A DNA stretch of 64,000 nt from Gracilinanus agilis (lineage: Eukaryota), in assembly GCF_016433145.1 (NCBI RefSeq), contig NC_058132.1:346083751-346147750 (forward strand), read 5' to 3'. The first letter of the stretch is position 1. Every line of letters begins with the position of its first letter. Both the position numbers and the translations under genes were made by a program. The notes below the pieces were generated by a model. The model ran no database searches. It was not told the origin of the DNA and saw nothing but the letters and a program-made list of their open reading frames with translations. Positions 25,689 to 38,541 of this stretch are shown here, piece by piece.

Positions 25689-27685
25689 ACAGGTCTTCTT
25701 GTAACATCAGAAGAAAGGGTCTCTGGCACACTGGGTAGATCCAGTGGTGAACTCTTGGGAGGACATGGGCATACTGGCATTGGCATAGGACTGACAGGTT
25801 GCAATCAGTATTGCGAGTGAAAACATGGAATTCACAAACCATTGGGGATCTTAATAATGGGGTTAGGATTAGAGAGTACAATAAGGAAGAGTGCTTTGTA
25901 TGCATGTAACTTTTTGTCTATTAAGGTAAAGTTTCTTAATTCAGGGTCTATGAATTTATGAAATTTTGATAATTATTTCAATGTAATTCTTTCCTTTGTC
26001 ATCCTATGTATTTTATTTTCTGTATTTAAAAACATTATTCCAAGAAGAGGTATTGCCCAAGAGGTCCATTACACAAAAAAGGACAAGAACTCCCAAATTA
26101 AGGATTGCTAAATGACAAATACTCCTGTAAAGCCATATACAAATAAAAAGCAAATCCATTCATAGTTTTCCCCCTATCCATTCTAGAATGCTTTTCCCTA
26201 TCCTATATCCTTATAGACTCAGCTTAATACCCACCTGTTCCATTAAGTCTTTTTTATCAACTCACAACCACAAATTAAGCTACTAAAATGTGATCTAACA
26301 TTTATTTACATATCATATGGAATTGATACGTTTGATTGACTGTTGATCTATTTCCTGTGCTCTACCCTTGTCTATTCAATTAGATTACAAGCTTCAGGAG
26401 AGCAGGAAGGATGCCTAATATTTCTTTTTCTCCATATTCTCAGTACTTAAAATAGTGGTAAGTGGTGATTTTCAACTTAGAGCTGGAAGGGACATCAGAA
26501 GTCATATAACTCTACTTTTTATTTTACTACCAAGATAAAGGACAGTGAATGACTTGCCCACAGTCAAATGTGTAAGGCTAGGACCTGAATGTACATCTTC
26601 TGACTCTGAATCCACCTCTCTTTCCTACTTAAATGCCTGCTAACTTTTTCTTTAAAGAAACATAATCATAAAACATTAATAGAACCCACAATGTTCAAAT
26701 CAGAAGAGACTGTGGAATCATCCATAACTCTCATTTCATAGAAGAGGTAACAGAAACCCAAAGAGGGGAATGATTTGTTGGAGGTAACAAGATCACTTGG
26801 TAACAATGTCTCTTTGTCTCAAACATCTACCTACAGATCTTTCCATTCTATCATAATTCCCTATGTAAAGGGAAATAGTTGGTCCCTTATTTTCTAACTT
26901 TTAAAGTACAATTCCAAAAAGAAAGAGTTTTCTCACAGAGGGCTGAAGGCTTTTCATGCTTATGAAAAGATAACTGAGGCTTTAGAAACTTAGACTGGAA
27001 CCCATAAGGTATCATTCATTCTAGTGCCTGAAAGTCCTTTTGATATTCAAAAACCTTACTTTTGTTCTCATAAGGATTAAACTACCTCATTCCATAAAAT
27101 CTGAAGAATATATTTAGAGCCATGTATTTCATTTTTCCCAAACTTTCTCCTTCTAGCCTTCTTCTTCCTACTTCCAACCAAAAAAAAACCAAAAAACAGA
27201 ATTAAGGTCTAGTTGGATTTTTGTGGGGAATAGCAAAAACTTTTAAAAAATATTCTTGTATGATGATCAACTATGAAGGACTAAACTATTATTAGCAAAA
27301 CAAGGTTCCAAGATAACCCTAAGGGACTCATGATTGCTATCCACATCCAAAGAAGGAGCTGTTAAATCTGAATGCAGATCAAAGCATGTCATCTTTCACT
27401 TTATTTCCTTTATGAGTTGTTTTTTTTTTTATCAGTTGTGTGATATAGCATGAGGAAAATGGAACTATGTACTGAATGAAAGCACTGGTACAACCTATAT
27501 CAGACTTGATATAGCCTTGGGGAAGAGGGAGGGAAGAGAATCTGAACTGAAAAATGTTAGAAAACAATTGTCGAAAATTATTTCTACCTGTAATTGAAAA
27601 AAATTTTTTGAAAAGTTAAAAAATATTCACTGGAAAAAAAATTTAAGAAATGAAAGGTAATTCATTGGTGACAGCTTTAATCAAT

Positions 27686-27885
27686 TTTTTTTAAACACTT
27701 ACATTCTGTCTTAGAACCAATACTCTGTATTGGTTCCAAGGCAGAAGAGGAGTAAGGGCTAGGCTATAGGGGTTAAGTGACTTGCCTAGGGTCACACAGC
27801 TAGGAAGTGTCTGAGGCTAGATTTAAACCTAGGACCTCCTGTTTCTAGGCCTGGCCCTCAAAGCACTGAGCTACCCAGTTGCCCC
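27686..27885 (-). mobile_element. SINE1_Mdo-like SINE, full length
   Basis: Antisense head, CORE and tail. Confidence 0.88.
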
Positions 27886-28527
27886 ACCCCCAATCAAATT
27901 TTAAGTGACTGATTTTAAGAGACAATTTTAGGAAATAAATTTTAAGATTCTGAATGAAATAGTCAAAATACCTCACCAAGAAGAAAATTATTTTGGAGGC
28001 TCTACCTGAAAAGGTGAGAATAAGATACTCTTTTTGTTTGTTTTAAATCTTTTGAAAGAGTCTTGCCTAAATTATGTTATATGTCCAAATACTGATAAGA
28101 AACCTATGTCCAATACTAGGTATTAAGTTCTGGATTCAGAGTTTATAGAATCAGAGTCAGAAGAACTAGATTTAATTGAGGTTCTGCTATTTATTTGTTG
28201 TGTCACGTTGGGTTGGGAAAATGCCTAAAGACTTGGGTCTAAATTTCCACATCTGTAAAAATAAGGGGGTTGAAATAGATCATTTTTAAGGTTCACACTA
28301 ACAGTATATATTACTTGAAAAGTCATCCATTTCTGAGTCTGAGGCTTTTCTAGCCTTTAAAAGCCCTTCATTAAAAATTGCCTTAAAAGACATTCTAATC
28401 TCCATTTATTGGTTTTAAGACATAAAGATATTAAATCCAGAACATACATGTAATGGAATTATTAAACATTGTAAACAATATATAAATGAGAAGCAAAACC
28501 TGTCAGACAGAATGAAAGAAAACTTAC

Positions 28528-28618
28528 CCAAGGTGGCAGCTGCAGTTTTCCCTTGGACATGGCTGGTAATTCTCTACAGACTTGTTAATTTGGTCAATAA
28601 ATCCTTTCCACTTTGTAC
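28528..28618 (-). CDS. POGLUT1: POGLUT1 exon 2 (91 nt, starts in phase 1)
   Basis: TAG acceptor, GTAAGT donor. Encodes (G)[29 protein letters not shown](G). Confidence 0.97.
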
Positions 28619-29889
28619 CTAAAGAAGAAAAGTCAAAGACAGATGGACAATAACTAATAATAATAATAATAATAATAGTTAGCACTTACATAGTGCTTTA
28701 TGGTTTGGAAAATGCTGTATATAAGTAATCTCATTTATTAATCTCATTACCTTTCATTTCATATATAAGGAGATATATATACACCTCATTATAGTACATA
28801 ATAATACCTCATATATATGAGGTACTATTAAAATCCTCATTTTACAGATGACAGAGGTTACAGTGATTTATCCAGGTTCACACAGTTAGTGAGAGGCAGA
28901 TTTTGAACTCAGGTCTATCAGAATCCAAGCCCCACATTCTGTCCACTGACCATTTACCACCCCGCTAATTAAAGCAAGTGCACAAAATTGAGGGATGACC
29001 AAAATCAGTAGAGCTAGTTTTGGTGTCCAGGAATCAAAATTCAAATCCCATCTCTTATCTGTGTGACCTTGGGAAAATAATTTAACTTCTCCCATTCTTC
29101 TTATCTGTAAACTGAAATCGAGGAACTAGATGACCCTTTCCAGCTCTAAAGTTATGAGGAAAAATTCTTCTCTGTTGCTATGCATCATTTTCTTCAGCAA
29201 GCCTGTCCTGTCTCATCTGCCAGATAATCTGCCTTCTTCCCTCAAACAAGCCCTCCCAATCTAGTTGTCACATTTTATCACACAACCAGTCAAACTAGAC
29301 TGTTACTCCCTGTCTCGGAACCACAGAAACTTTCCCTTGGCTTTTCATTCTCTGAAATCTTTAAAAAAAGAACACAGAGCCTCAAGCCTTTGGGAGGCTT
29401 TCCTAAGGAGCCTAGCTTAGTCTGGACACATCGATCCATGCCTCGCGAGAGCAAAGCCGCAAACCCTTGGGCATTTGGGGTCCCAGAAATAATTTTTGTG
29501 CTCTCACCTCATCCATAACACTGGGACACCCTGGGCATTGGAGAATTAGTTACACTTTTAATTTTTTTTTTTACTCAATCCAGCTCACAACCAGTACCTC
29601 ACGTGAAACCACATTTTACCGTGGTTCCTTTGTCTCCTGCGCTCCTCTGGTGTCCAGCATTTGATCCATTGATCTCTCCAGGGAAAAGTGTTTGGGGAAT
29701 CAGGTTGATCAAGGGGCAGGGAGTCAAAAACGCAGATATATCTGCGCTCGAGTTTCGGTTCTGTTACCAGATTGCTCTGTGCCTAGGAATGTCACTTCTG
29801 TCTGAGGGGCGCCCTTTACTCATTAGTAAAAGGAAAGGGGAAAACCAGATGATCTCAGATGTTCCTTCCCAGCTCTAATGATCTGGGAC

Positions 29890-30680
29890 TCCGGGAATGC
29901 ACTGCCAACTGCGCCCGCCGCCGCCACCGCCCCAGCCCCTAGTCCAGCCCTCGGCCCCAGCCTGGCCCCTGGCCCCGGCCATTCCCACCCCTCAACCTCC
30001 GCCCCAACCCAGCGAGAGATGAAGGTGGAAAACAGCTAGGGTCTTTCCTCCTCATCCCATTTCCAGCGAGGCCGGTTTAGCTTCCTCCAAAAAGCGAGCA
30101 CTGAGCTTTTCCTGACGCTCACCTGGGTCCTTCAGTCGACTCTGAGTCACCGGGAGCAGCAGCAGCAACCACAACTGCAACCACGAGGGCAGCGGCAGCG
30201 CCATCGGGGACAACCCCGTAGCTGCTCCCGGAGCCCAGGAGGAAGAACTGCCCCGCACAAAGATGGCGGCGAAGGAGCAGGCCCACGTGGGGCTGCATTG
30301 TACCCGCACAAAGATGGGGGCCCGAGGGACTTCTCAGAACCCTGAGTTTATGAACTGACGGACTGTGCAATTGTTGGGTTTTGGGATCCCTCCTCCATCT
30401 CTCCTGGTGGCGGTGCACGTCCTTTCGTGGCACTTGAGGGGGATTTAGATAATCATTGATTCCACTAAGTTGTTGTTGGGTAGCAGGGGATATCTAGTCT
30501 CGCTCATTCGCTTTCTCCTCCAGCGAATAGGCTCCCAGTAAGGAAGCTGACAGGAGGGCAAAAGACGCCAGAGACAAAGCTGTCCAGGAGAGGAGCATGC
30601 GCAGTATCTCTCTAGTCATCTCAAATCACTCCCCCACCTCCACCCCCGACAACATGCGCATGCATGCATTCATTCATTCA
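29890..30680 (-). promoter_or_regulatory. POGLUT1 CpG-rich promoter and first-exon region
   Basis: CpG/GC-rich. YY1-type AAGATGGCGGC at 30260-30270. NRF1-like GCATGCGCA at 30595-30603 and ATGCGCATGC at 30654-30663. Confidence 0.7.
30123..30204 (-). CDS. POGLUT1: POGLUT1 exon 1 coding part (82 nt; signal peptide)
   Basis: ATG at 30204, MALPLPSWLQLWLLLLLPVTQSRLKDP, phase-1 donor CAG|GTGAGC. The 11 exons sum to 1176 nt, an open 391-aa protein O-glucosyltransferase 1. Confidence 0.93.
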
Positions 30681-31084
30681 TTCAATTTCCTTATTTTTGT
30701 TGTTGGCATCTTCATTCTCCCAACCTTTGGGTTCATAACCCTTAAGAGTTATCCTTGGCTCTATCCTTGACTTAATTAATCCTCATAATTAATCATATTA
30801 ATATTATTAAGCACCTACTACGTGCTAGACACTGTACTAGATACAGGAAACACAAAGTCAAAATGAAAATTTCTTAATATTTGTATGAAAAACAACTTTT
30901 TTAAGAGCCTTAGGCTATATTTTGCTTCAAATAAAAATCTTTATTAAAATTGGTAAATAATAAAAAACAGCATGTTACATTCTCAACACTTCTCAGTCAA
31001 CTGCATTATTGTAAAAATGTGATCTACTATTAAAAAGCAATAACACCTATTAAAGCTTGTTGTTCCCTTCTCATATTTAAGAAG

Positions 31085-32590
31085 AGAAAATCCTTGATAC
31101 ATGCATAATCTATTCTAATAAAGATTTTCTAGTTTTATAAAGTAATTCCTTCATGGAGGTATTGGTATAGCATAGCCTGAAATGCGAAAATTAATATAAG
31201 TAGCATGTTCATTTTTATTATGGGTCTAAAACGAATATTCCCTCCAATTATCTGTCTTCCTTTATTTTTTTAGTATTATATAAAGAATAACATCGTTATT
31301 ATTTAGAGTCTTTTTGTAATTATACTTATATGTATTAATTGTGACTTGATAGGTCAATTCCCAAATATTTTATGCATTTAATAATTATTTTACATGAAAT
31401 TTCTTTGTCGTTCTTTTCTGGTTTTTATATTACTTTATCAAAATGCTAGTGATTTTTGTGAATTTATTTTATATCTTGCCATTCTACTAAAGATAATAAC
31501 TCAATTAGATCTTTTAGCTGATTTTCTGAAGTTTTCTAAATGCATCTTCTTCATGTATGCTTAAAATAGGCATAATGTGTATCTCCTCTTAGCTGATGCC
31601 TATGCCTTTAATTTCTTTCTCTTGTCTTATTGCAATACTGCTTGCATTTTCAGAAGGTAAATAACAGTAAGGGAAAGGGAGAAGATTCCCATAATTCTCC
31701 ATTGACAATACTGCTAAGCTCTTAATTATACATAAATGCTTTTTTTAAGTCCTGTTTTTTAAAGGTTAATCCAAGTCTATGCTTTTTAGTTTAGTTTAAC
31801 TTTTTAGCATTAATGAGTGCTATATTTTCAAAGTTTTTTCCTGTGTAATCTTACATTTTCTATTGTTTATATCAGTGGGGTCAAACTCAAATAAAAATGG
31901 AGGCCACAAATTCATACACAAGGAATACTGCAAGCCACATATTTAGTTTTAAAATGTAATACAATTTGTTTTACTGTATTTTTGTTTTGTTAAATATTTC
32001 CCAATTACATTTTAATCTTTTCCCTCCTCATTAAGGAGTGGGCCATATGTTTGATACTTCTGGTTTAGATGATAATGCAAATTGTTTTCCTAAAGTTGTA
32101 CCACCCTTTCTTTCCTGGCATAAATCTAACTTAGTCATAATGATTAATTCTGAAGCATCTTATATTGCTATAGTCTTTACTAGGGTGTTATTTAATTTTT
32201 TGTATCAATTTCCATTCTTAATCACTGATTTGTCTCTCCCTGGTCTGAGTATTAGGACTATCACATAATAATTTTAGTAGAGTGCCTTCTTTCCCAATTA
32301 TTGAGAATAATTTTTAATATCATAAGTAATATTTAAATATTTTATATAATTTACTTGTCAATCTGTCTGTAACCCTTTGATAGTTCATTTATGATTTAAT
32401 TTCTAATTTTTCTATATTAGATTTTTAAAAATCTCTTTCATGGTTTTTCAATTTTGATATTTTATATCTTTTGTAGATAATTATTCATTTTCTTAGATTT
32501 TCAGGTTTTCTAGAATGTGTTGTATGTGTTGCAATATCTGATAATCTTATTTTCTCTCTATTGTAGATTCACTTTTTAAAAACATTTTAG
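31085..32590 (-). mobile_element. Old L1 ORF2 segment (inverted 5' part)
   Basis: Antisense, degenerate L1 ORF2 RT-region text. Interrupted by a MITE at 31873-32062. Confidence 0.6.
31873..32062 (+). mobile_element. Old hAT-type MITE inserted in L1
   Basis: Ends CAGTGGGGTCAAAC and TTTGATACTTCTG. 8-bp TSD GTTTATAT / GTTTAGAT. Confidence 0.75.
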
Positions 32591-32594
32591 TCAT

Positions 32595-34200
32595 GAATCT
32601 CAAGTAATGAAAATAGAAATAGCATTTCCAGATTCCAAACTATCTTGTAAAGCAATAACAATTAAACATATTTGTTGCTTTTTAATGAATAGAAAAGTAA
32701 ATTAGTGGGAAATATTAAACTATCAAGACCCTGAATAAAAAAGAACCCAAACTAAGGCAGCATTCAGGTAAATTCAGTAGTATAAACTACTAGGAGAAGG
32801 ACTCCATATTTGATAAGAGCTGCTTAGAAAAATAGAAAGAAATTAGATAGAAATTGGGTTTAGACTAGCATTTTACACTGTATACCACAATACATTACAA
32901 ATGCATACATGACAAAATTTTTTTTAACCACATCATTTAGAAAAATAAGAGGAAAGCACAACAAGTCAGAGGAAGGTTTTCTTAATCAAAGAAGACAGAG
33001 AGGTGAACATTAAAAAAAGATCTATACTTTCCTCAGTGTTGGAAAGTCCAAATGTGGAAACTTCTTCCACATGACTTAGATAAGTTTGAGAGAATTACCT
33101 GAGATATACCGAGGTTAAGTGACTTGTTCAGGATAAACTATTGTCAAAGGTGATTTTTGAATTCTGGTATTTCCAGCTTTAAGCCCTGAATATTATCAAC
33201 TATATAATGCTGCTTCTAAAAAGTATTTTTTTAAAACCCTTACTTTCCGCTTTAGAATCAATACTATGTATTGGCTCCAAGGCAGAAGAGTGGTAAGGGC
33301 TAGGCAATGGGGGTAAAGTGACTTGCCCAGGGTCACACATCTAGGAAATGTCTGAGGTCAAATTTGAACCAAGGACCTCTTGTCTCTAGGCCTGGCTCTC
33401 AATCCACTGAGCTACCTAACTGCCTCCTTAAAAAGCATTTAAAAAAAGGCAATTTTGATTTAAAACAATTTTTTAAAGTTTTACATGAAAAAAAAATCAA
33501 TTGGCCTGGAATAAGGAATAAAATATTGAGAAAATCTTTATGTCAAATGTTTCTGATAAAATCATATATCCAGAATAATAGAGGGATATACAAGACCAAG
33601 TGCTATTTCCCAATAAAGTTTATGAATAAATTATTCAAAGAAAGGCTATTAGGAAGACAAAGGAGACTATTAGCATTTGAAAGATTTCCCAGATCAGTAA
33701 TAAGAGAAAAGAAAATGAAAAAAGCTTTAAGATTTCAACTCCCAATCAATAAATTGGTGAAAATTACAAAAGATAGAATTTTTGTGGGAAGGATGTCAAA
33801 AGACAGGCACAGTCATGTATCACTGATGTAGTTGTGAACTGGTCCATTCTTGAGAATAATTTTGAATTATTCAAGAAAAGCAAAAATATTGTTTATATCT
33901 CTTGTTCCAGAAATCCTGCTATTGAACATATACATCAAAGAAGATAGATAGAAGGAAAGACTATATACATATCAAAAAGAGCATAACAACACTTTTGAGG
34001 GGTAACAAAGAACTGGAAATAAAATGAGTGTCCATTGGCTAATAAAATGCCTGAACAGCTTGAATTAGCCAAAATGTAATAGAATATCATGTCGGTATAA
34101 GAAATAATGACTCTATTCAGAAAAATGTGGAAAGAGGAATATAGAATGAAGCAAGTAGAAGCAAGAAAACAATGAACACAATTACAATAATATATAAGGA
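32595..34200 (+). mobile_element. Old L1 ORF2 3' part and 3' end, interrupted by SINEs
   Basis: TAGCATTTCCAGATTCCAAACTATCTTGTAAAGCA resembles the ORF2 LPDFKLYYKA motif. Continues through C-terminal and 3' UTR-like text. Confidence 0.65.
33227..33425 (-). mobile_element. SINE1_Mdo-like SINE
   Basis: Antisense full-length copy. Confidence 0.88.
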
Positions 34201-34241
34201 AAAAAAACCATGCCAAAAAGCTGAATGAGGTACCTTTATAC

Positions 34242-34435
34242 CAGTGATTCCCAAACTTTTTTGGCCTACTGCCCCCTTTCCAGAAAAAAAATATTACTTA
34301 GCCCCCTGGATATTAATTTTTTTTTAATTTTAATAGCAATTAATAAGAAAGATAAATGCACCTGTGGCCATCACCATATCCCGGATTGCTGCAGCACCCA
34401 CCAGGGGGCGGTAGTGCCCACTTTGGGAATCACTG
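34242..34435. mobile_element. hAT/Charlie-type MITE, 194 bp
   Basis: TIRs CAGTGATTCCCAAA and TTTGGGAATCACTG. TSD CTTTATAC / CTTTATAT. Near-identical copy at 54682-54873. Confidence 0.9.
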
Positions 34436-34439
34436 CTTT

Positions 34440-35590
34440 ATATTTTCTCTTATTCTCTGCTAAAACCTCTTCAGTCTGGTTTTTTACTTTGTCATTCAAA
34501 TGAAACTACTGTCTCCAAAATTATAAATGAAGTCTTAATTGTCAAATCCAATGGCCTCTTTATAATCACTATTACTATTATTGTTCTCTGCATCTGTCTA
34601 TAGGTTTGACTTGACAGCCATCTCCTTCTGGACTCTGGTTTGCATGATACTGCTCTTTCTCCAGTTCTCTTACTTGTCTGAACACTCATGAATCTCCTTT
34701 ATTGGATCAGGTTACAGCCATTTATTTGTAGTTGTACCACAAGGTTTGGTCCTCTTCTTTATACACCTCACTTGGTGACTCACTGTGACTTGATCAACTC
34801 CCATGCTTTAATCCTCTTTATGCAGTTGGCTTTTAGATCTATACATTCAAACCCCAGTCTCATCTCATTCTTTAGCTCTAGTCCTACATCACAAATGACT
34901 TAATGGACAATTTAAATGGGATGTTCCACAGGCATCTCAAACTCAGCATATCTAAAACAGAACTTTTCTCCCTCCAAAAAGACCCCTCCTTCCTCTCCTA
35001 AGTTTCCTTGTTACTGTTAGGAGTACCACTTTACATCAGTCCTCCAAATTCAGAACCTTTTCTTCAATCTTTCAGTTTCATTCATCTCAAATATTCAATT
35101 AGTTGTCAGATGTTGTCACTTCTATCTCCACATCTCATACATATCCCAACCTCATCTTTCCACTCAGACAGTATCCATCCTAGTTCCAGCTCTCATTACT
35201 TCTCACTTGGATAATTTCCTATTTGCTCTCCCTCTACCATTTCTCCCCACTCCAATCCATCCTCCATCCATCACCAAATAATTTCCCTAAAATGTAGACC
35301 TAACCATCTCACCACCCTTTGCAATACATTTCAGTGGCTTTGGGATCTTATATAAATTCACATTTGACTTTCAAATCACTTCACAAACTGATTCAGCTGC
35401 TGTCATCCTTCCTTCACAAAACTACCTTGTATTCATTTCATGGATGTTTTGTATCCATCTATAAGTACATATTGTCTCCCAAGAGAACACAAAGTCTTAG
35501 AGTCAGGTCTGTTTTACTTGTGCTTCTGTCACTGTGATTAGCACAGTGCCTGGCCACTGCAGGTAGTCAAAAATGCTTATTGATCAATAA
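34440..35590 (+). mobile_element. L2 LINE 3' portion
   Basis: Pyrimidine-rich L2 body ending in TAGCACAGTGCCTGGC...AATGCTTATTGA. Confidence 0.7.
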
Positions 35591-35829
35591 TTTCCACATT
35601 TTATCCTGGAAGAGATTAGGTAACAAAGCACACTCCTCTCTTTGGCATGGGGGACTGACTGTTACATATAGTGTTAGAGGGATGGTGTTAAAGGAATTCA
35701 CTAGATCCATTAATTTTCTTTGTAATAATGGAAGGCTCATTTGGGTGTTTCTCCCTCAGGGTGACCTATTTCAGCAAGGCTGGATAGGAACTGTTTTCAA
35801 AAGAATTGCAGACTACCAATGAAAAAGTG

Positions 35830-36780
35830 CTCTAAATTATTAACAATAAAGAGAAATGCAAATCAGATCATCTCTGTGTATTTTATTCTATACCTATGGT
35901 AATGGCAAAGGTGATTTTTTTGGAGGAGTGCAGATCTATGGTCAATCTTCTGTAACCTTTATTATGGAGTTCTCTGGGAGCACAGAGAAATTAAATGACT
36001 GGTTTATAGTTATGAAGCCATTATGTGTCTGAAGCAGGACTTGAACCTAACTCTCCCCAAATCCAAGGCCAAATCTCTTTATTCACAAAGTCATGTGATA
36101 GCAAAGGTGATAAGAAGATAGGCTGCTATTACAATACACTGCTATTGGAGTTATGAAGTGGTCTAAGCATTCCTGAAAACAATTTGAATCCTGCAAAGAA
36201 AGGTCATTATTTGATATCCTTTGAATCCAGGTATCTCTCTACTAGGTATGTATACCTTAAAGAAAGCAAAGACAGAAGGCCCAATATGTAACAAAACTTC
36301 AAAGCAGTACTTTTTTGTGACAGCAAATGGAAACAAGTATGGCTAAGTATGAAGAGTATATAAATGTAATGTATTATTGAAAGAAATGAGGAATATCAAA
36401 AACTGAGAAAAACACAGGAAGACCTAATGAATGAAGTGACTAAATGAATGAAGTTCACTAAAGAGTGAAATGCAAACAGCCTGGATGTGACAAATTTTAC
36501 TAACGTAACCATGTAACAAATATATTTGACTAATGTACCAAAAAGGAATACTAAAAGGAAGCCAAATATAAAATAACTTTACTAAGATATGAAACAAACT
36601 CCCATCCTTTCAGTAGAATGATGGTAAACTGTGGATACAGAACATTTGCACATGCTATCAGATGCAGTTATTGCATCAGTTTTGTTTAACAATGGTTCTT
36701 TGTTAAAAGGCAGGGCTCAATAAAGGAGGATAACTCAAAATGACTAATGTAAAAATAAATGGCACTAATAAAACTTTTTT
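35830..36780 (+). mobile_element. Very old L1 3' fragment with MIR insertion
   Basis: AAAGAAATGCAAATCAGA...CTAAGCATTCCTGAAAACAATTTG... resembles the L1 3' region. Approximate. Confidence 0.5.
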
Positions 36781-38409
36781 AAAAATAATTTTGTAGAGAT
36801 GAGAAAGCAGGACTACATATTAATAGTAGCTAATTTTCATGATTATTGGAGATGGAGAGACTGGGGTGCCTGAACATACAGCTCTTTAGCCACCCCTATA
36901 TTTGCAGTCAGAATGTTTTCAGACTCTATATAGAGTATGACAACCTTATTTACTGAGTGATGTGGGCTATATTGTTCAGAAAGTCTTGCAAGACCGCAGG
37001 GCAAGAAGAGCCTCAAGGATGTCACAACCAAAGTGGTGCGTTTTCCCTTCTGGAAACTGAGGGGAATCTGTTCACTAAGAAACAATTCCATCAGGATAGG
37101 GGACATCTAGTCCAATCAATTCCAGTTGTTTCTGAAAACTCTTTCTCTTTCACAGACATAAGGTTCTAATTATTTTTCTTGTTTTAAACCACTGAGATTT
37201 TGGTTTTTAAAACAAAACTTCCTCCCCTTGAATAAAGAGTACACAGAATCATTCCTGAGACAAAGAGATATGCAATAGTTCTATTTATTTGCAGATCCCT
37301 TCACTTAAGTGTTAGCACATGAGAATGCACAAAAGTCAAAGATTACAATCATTGTATATATCCTTTCTAAAATGGTAACATGAGTAGCCATTACACATTA
37401 CATATTTCTTCAAGGCAAGGGTTTTAAAGCACTGGGTTTTTTTCCCCCCTCTTGAATGTTTCTTTTCTGTTTCTGTGAAGATTAAAAGGAAAATCTCTAT
37501 CACTGTCCCTCACAAAGCCCTCATTCATTGTTTTCTTGCCTATTAATTCAGTTAAATGCATAATATATTACAGGATTTCTATCTTCCTTCTTTTCCATAT
37601 AACAAAATCAGCTGTCAACAAAGAATAATTACAGGGTTGCTATGTATCCACTCAAAGAGCTTAAGTTGTTTATGAAAAGGAAAGAAAAAGACCCTTCAGA
37701 TTGCATCACAACCTTTTTCTTGTCCTGATCTCTAAACTTAAAAAAAAAAATCCCCCAATCATACATTATACCTATATACTCTTATGCCCCAGTGCTCTAA
37801 ATTTACCCAAGAGGTTTTTGGGGAAGAGTTATTTACAACTTAAACACCAAAAAAGAAAGCATTTTCACAAATAAAGTAGAATAGAAAAAAAAATTCTATA
37901 TGAAATTAAGAATCATTTCATAGGCTTATTTTTAAGTACATATAAATTCTCCATATTATTTTCAAAACTGTCTTGCTTATCTGTGCTTCCTTCTGAATTT
38001 CTTTCTGTGCTATGAATTGAGAATCTTAAAATGGCTCGTTTTCTTTTTCTGCAATTTGTATAATCAATTTTGTAAAAAAGTGAGTAACATGCTTCATCAT
38101 AGGTCTTCTGGATAGTTGATTATCATGATAAAAATTCTTATATCTTTCACATTTTAGTTTTTAACTGCCATCAAGGCATCAAGGGAGAAAAATAGTCCCC
38201 AATTAATCACAGTTTAACAATCACTGACTGGTTTGTCAGCCATGAGGAGGAACCATTTTTGAAGAACTTTTAAGAAATGACTTCGAGACCAGTAGCCAAA
38301 CTGATGAAAAAAGGGATTGAGTACTACTTTTTGATACTTGAGTGGATATATGGCACTGACACCTTTTCTTTGGAAGGTGTGGCTGGGTATTTGCAAGATT
38401 GAACAGTGA

Positions 38410-38541
38410 AGGTTCAAACCCAGCCTCAGCCACTTCCCAGCTGTGTGACCCTTTGCAAGTCACTTGACCCCCATTGCCCACCGTTACCACTCTTCCACCT
38501 ATGAGACAATACACCGAAGTACAAGGGTTTAAAAAAAAAAA
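38410..38541 (+). mobile_element. 5'-truncated SINE with perfect 15-bp TSD
   Basis: AAGATTGAACAGTGA at 38395-38409 and 38542-38556 flanks a B box, CORE, tail and poly-A. Confidence 0.92.

Noticed and set aside
30205-30433. N-terminal extension of POGLUT1 and the overlapping 104-aa ORF
   Set aside because: The track start at 30309 is GTG rather than ATG, and the 104-aa frame has no recognisable domain. The ATG at 30204 gives a clean signal peptide, and GC-rich DNA produces long stop-free frames by chance.
33364-33831. 155-aa ORF
   Set aside because: Chimera of a SINE end and degenerate A-rich L1 sequence.
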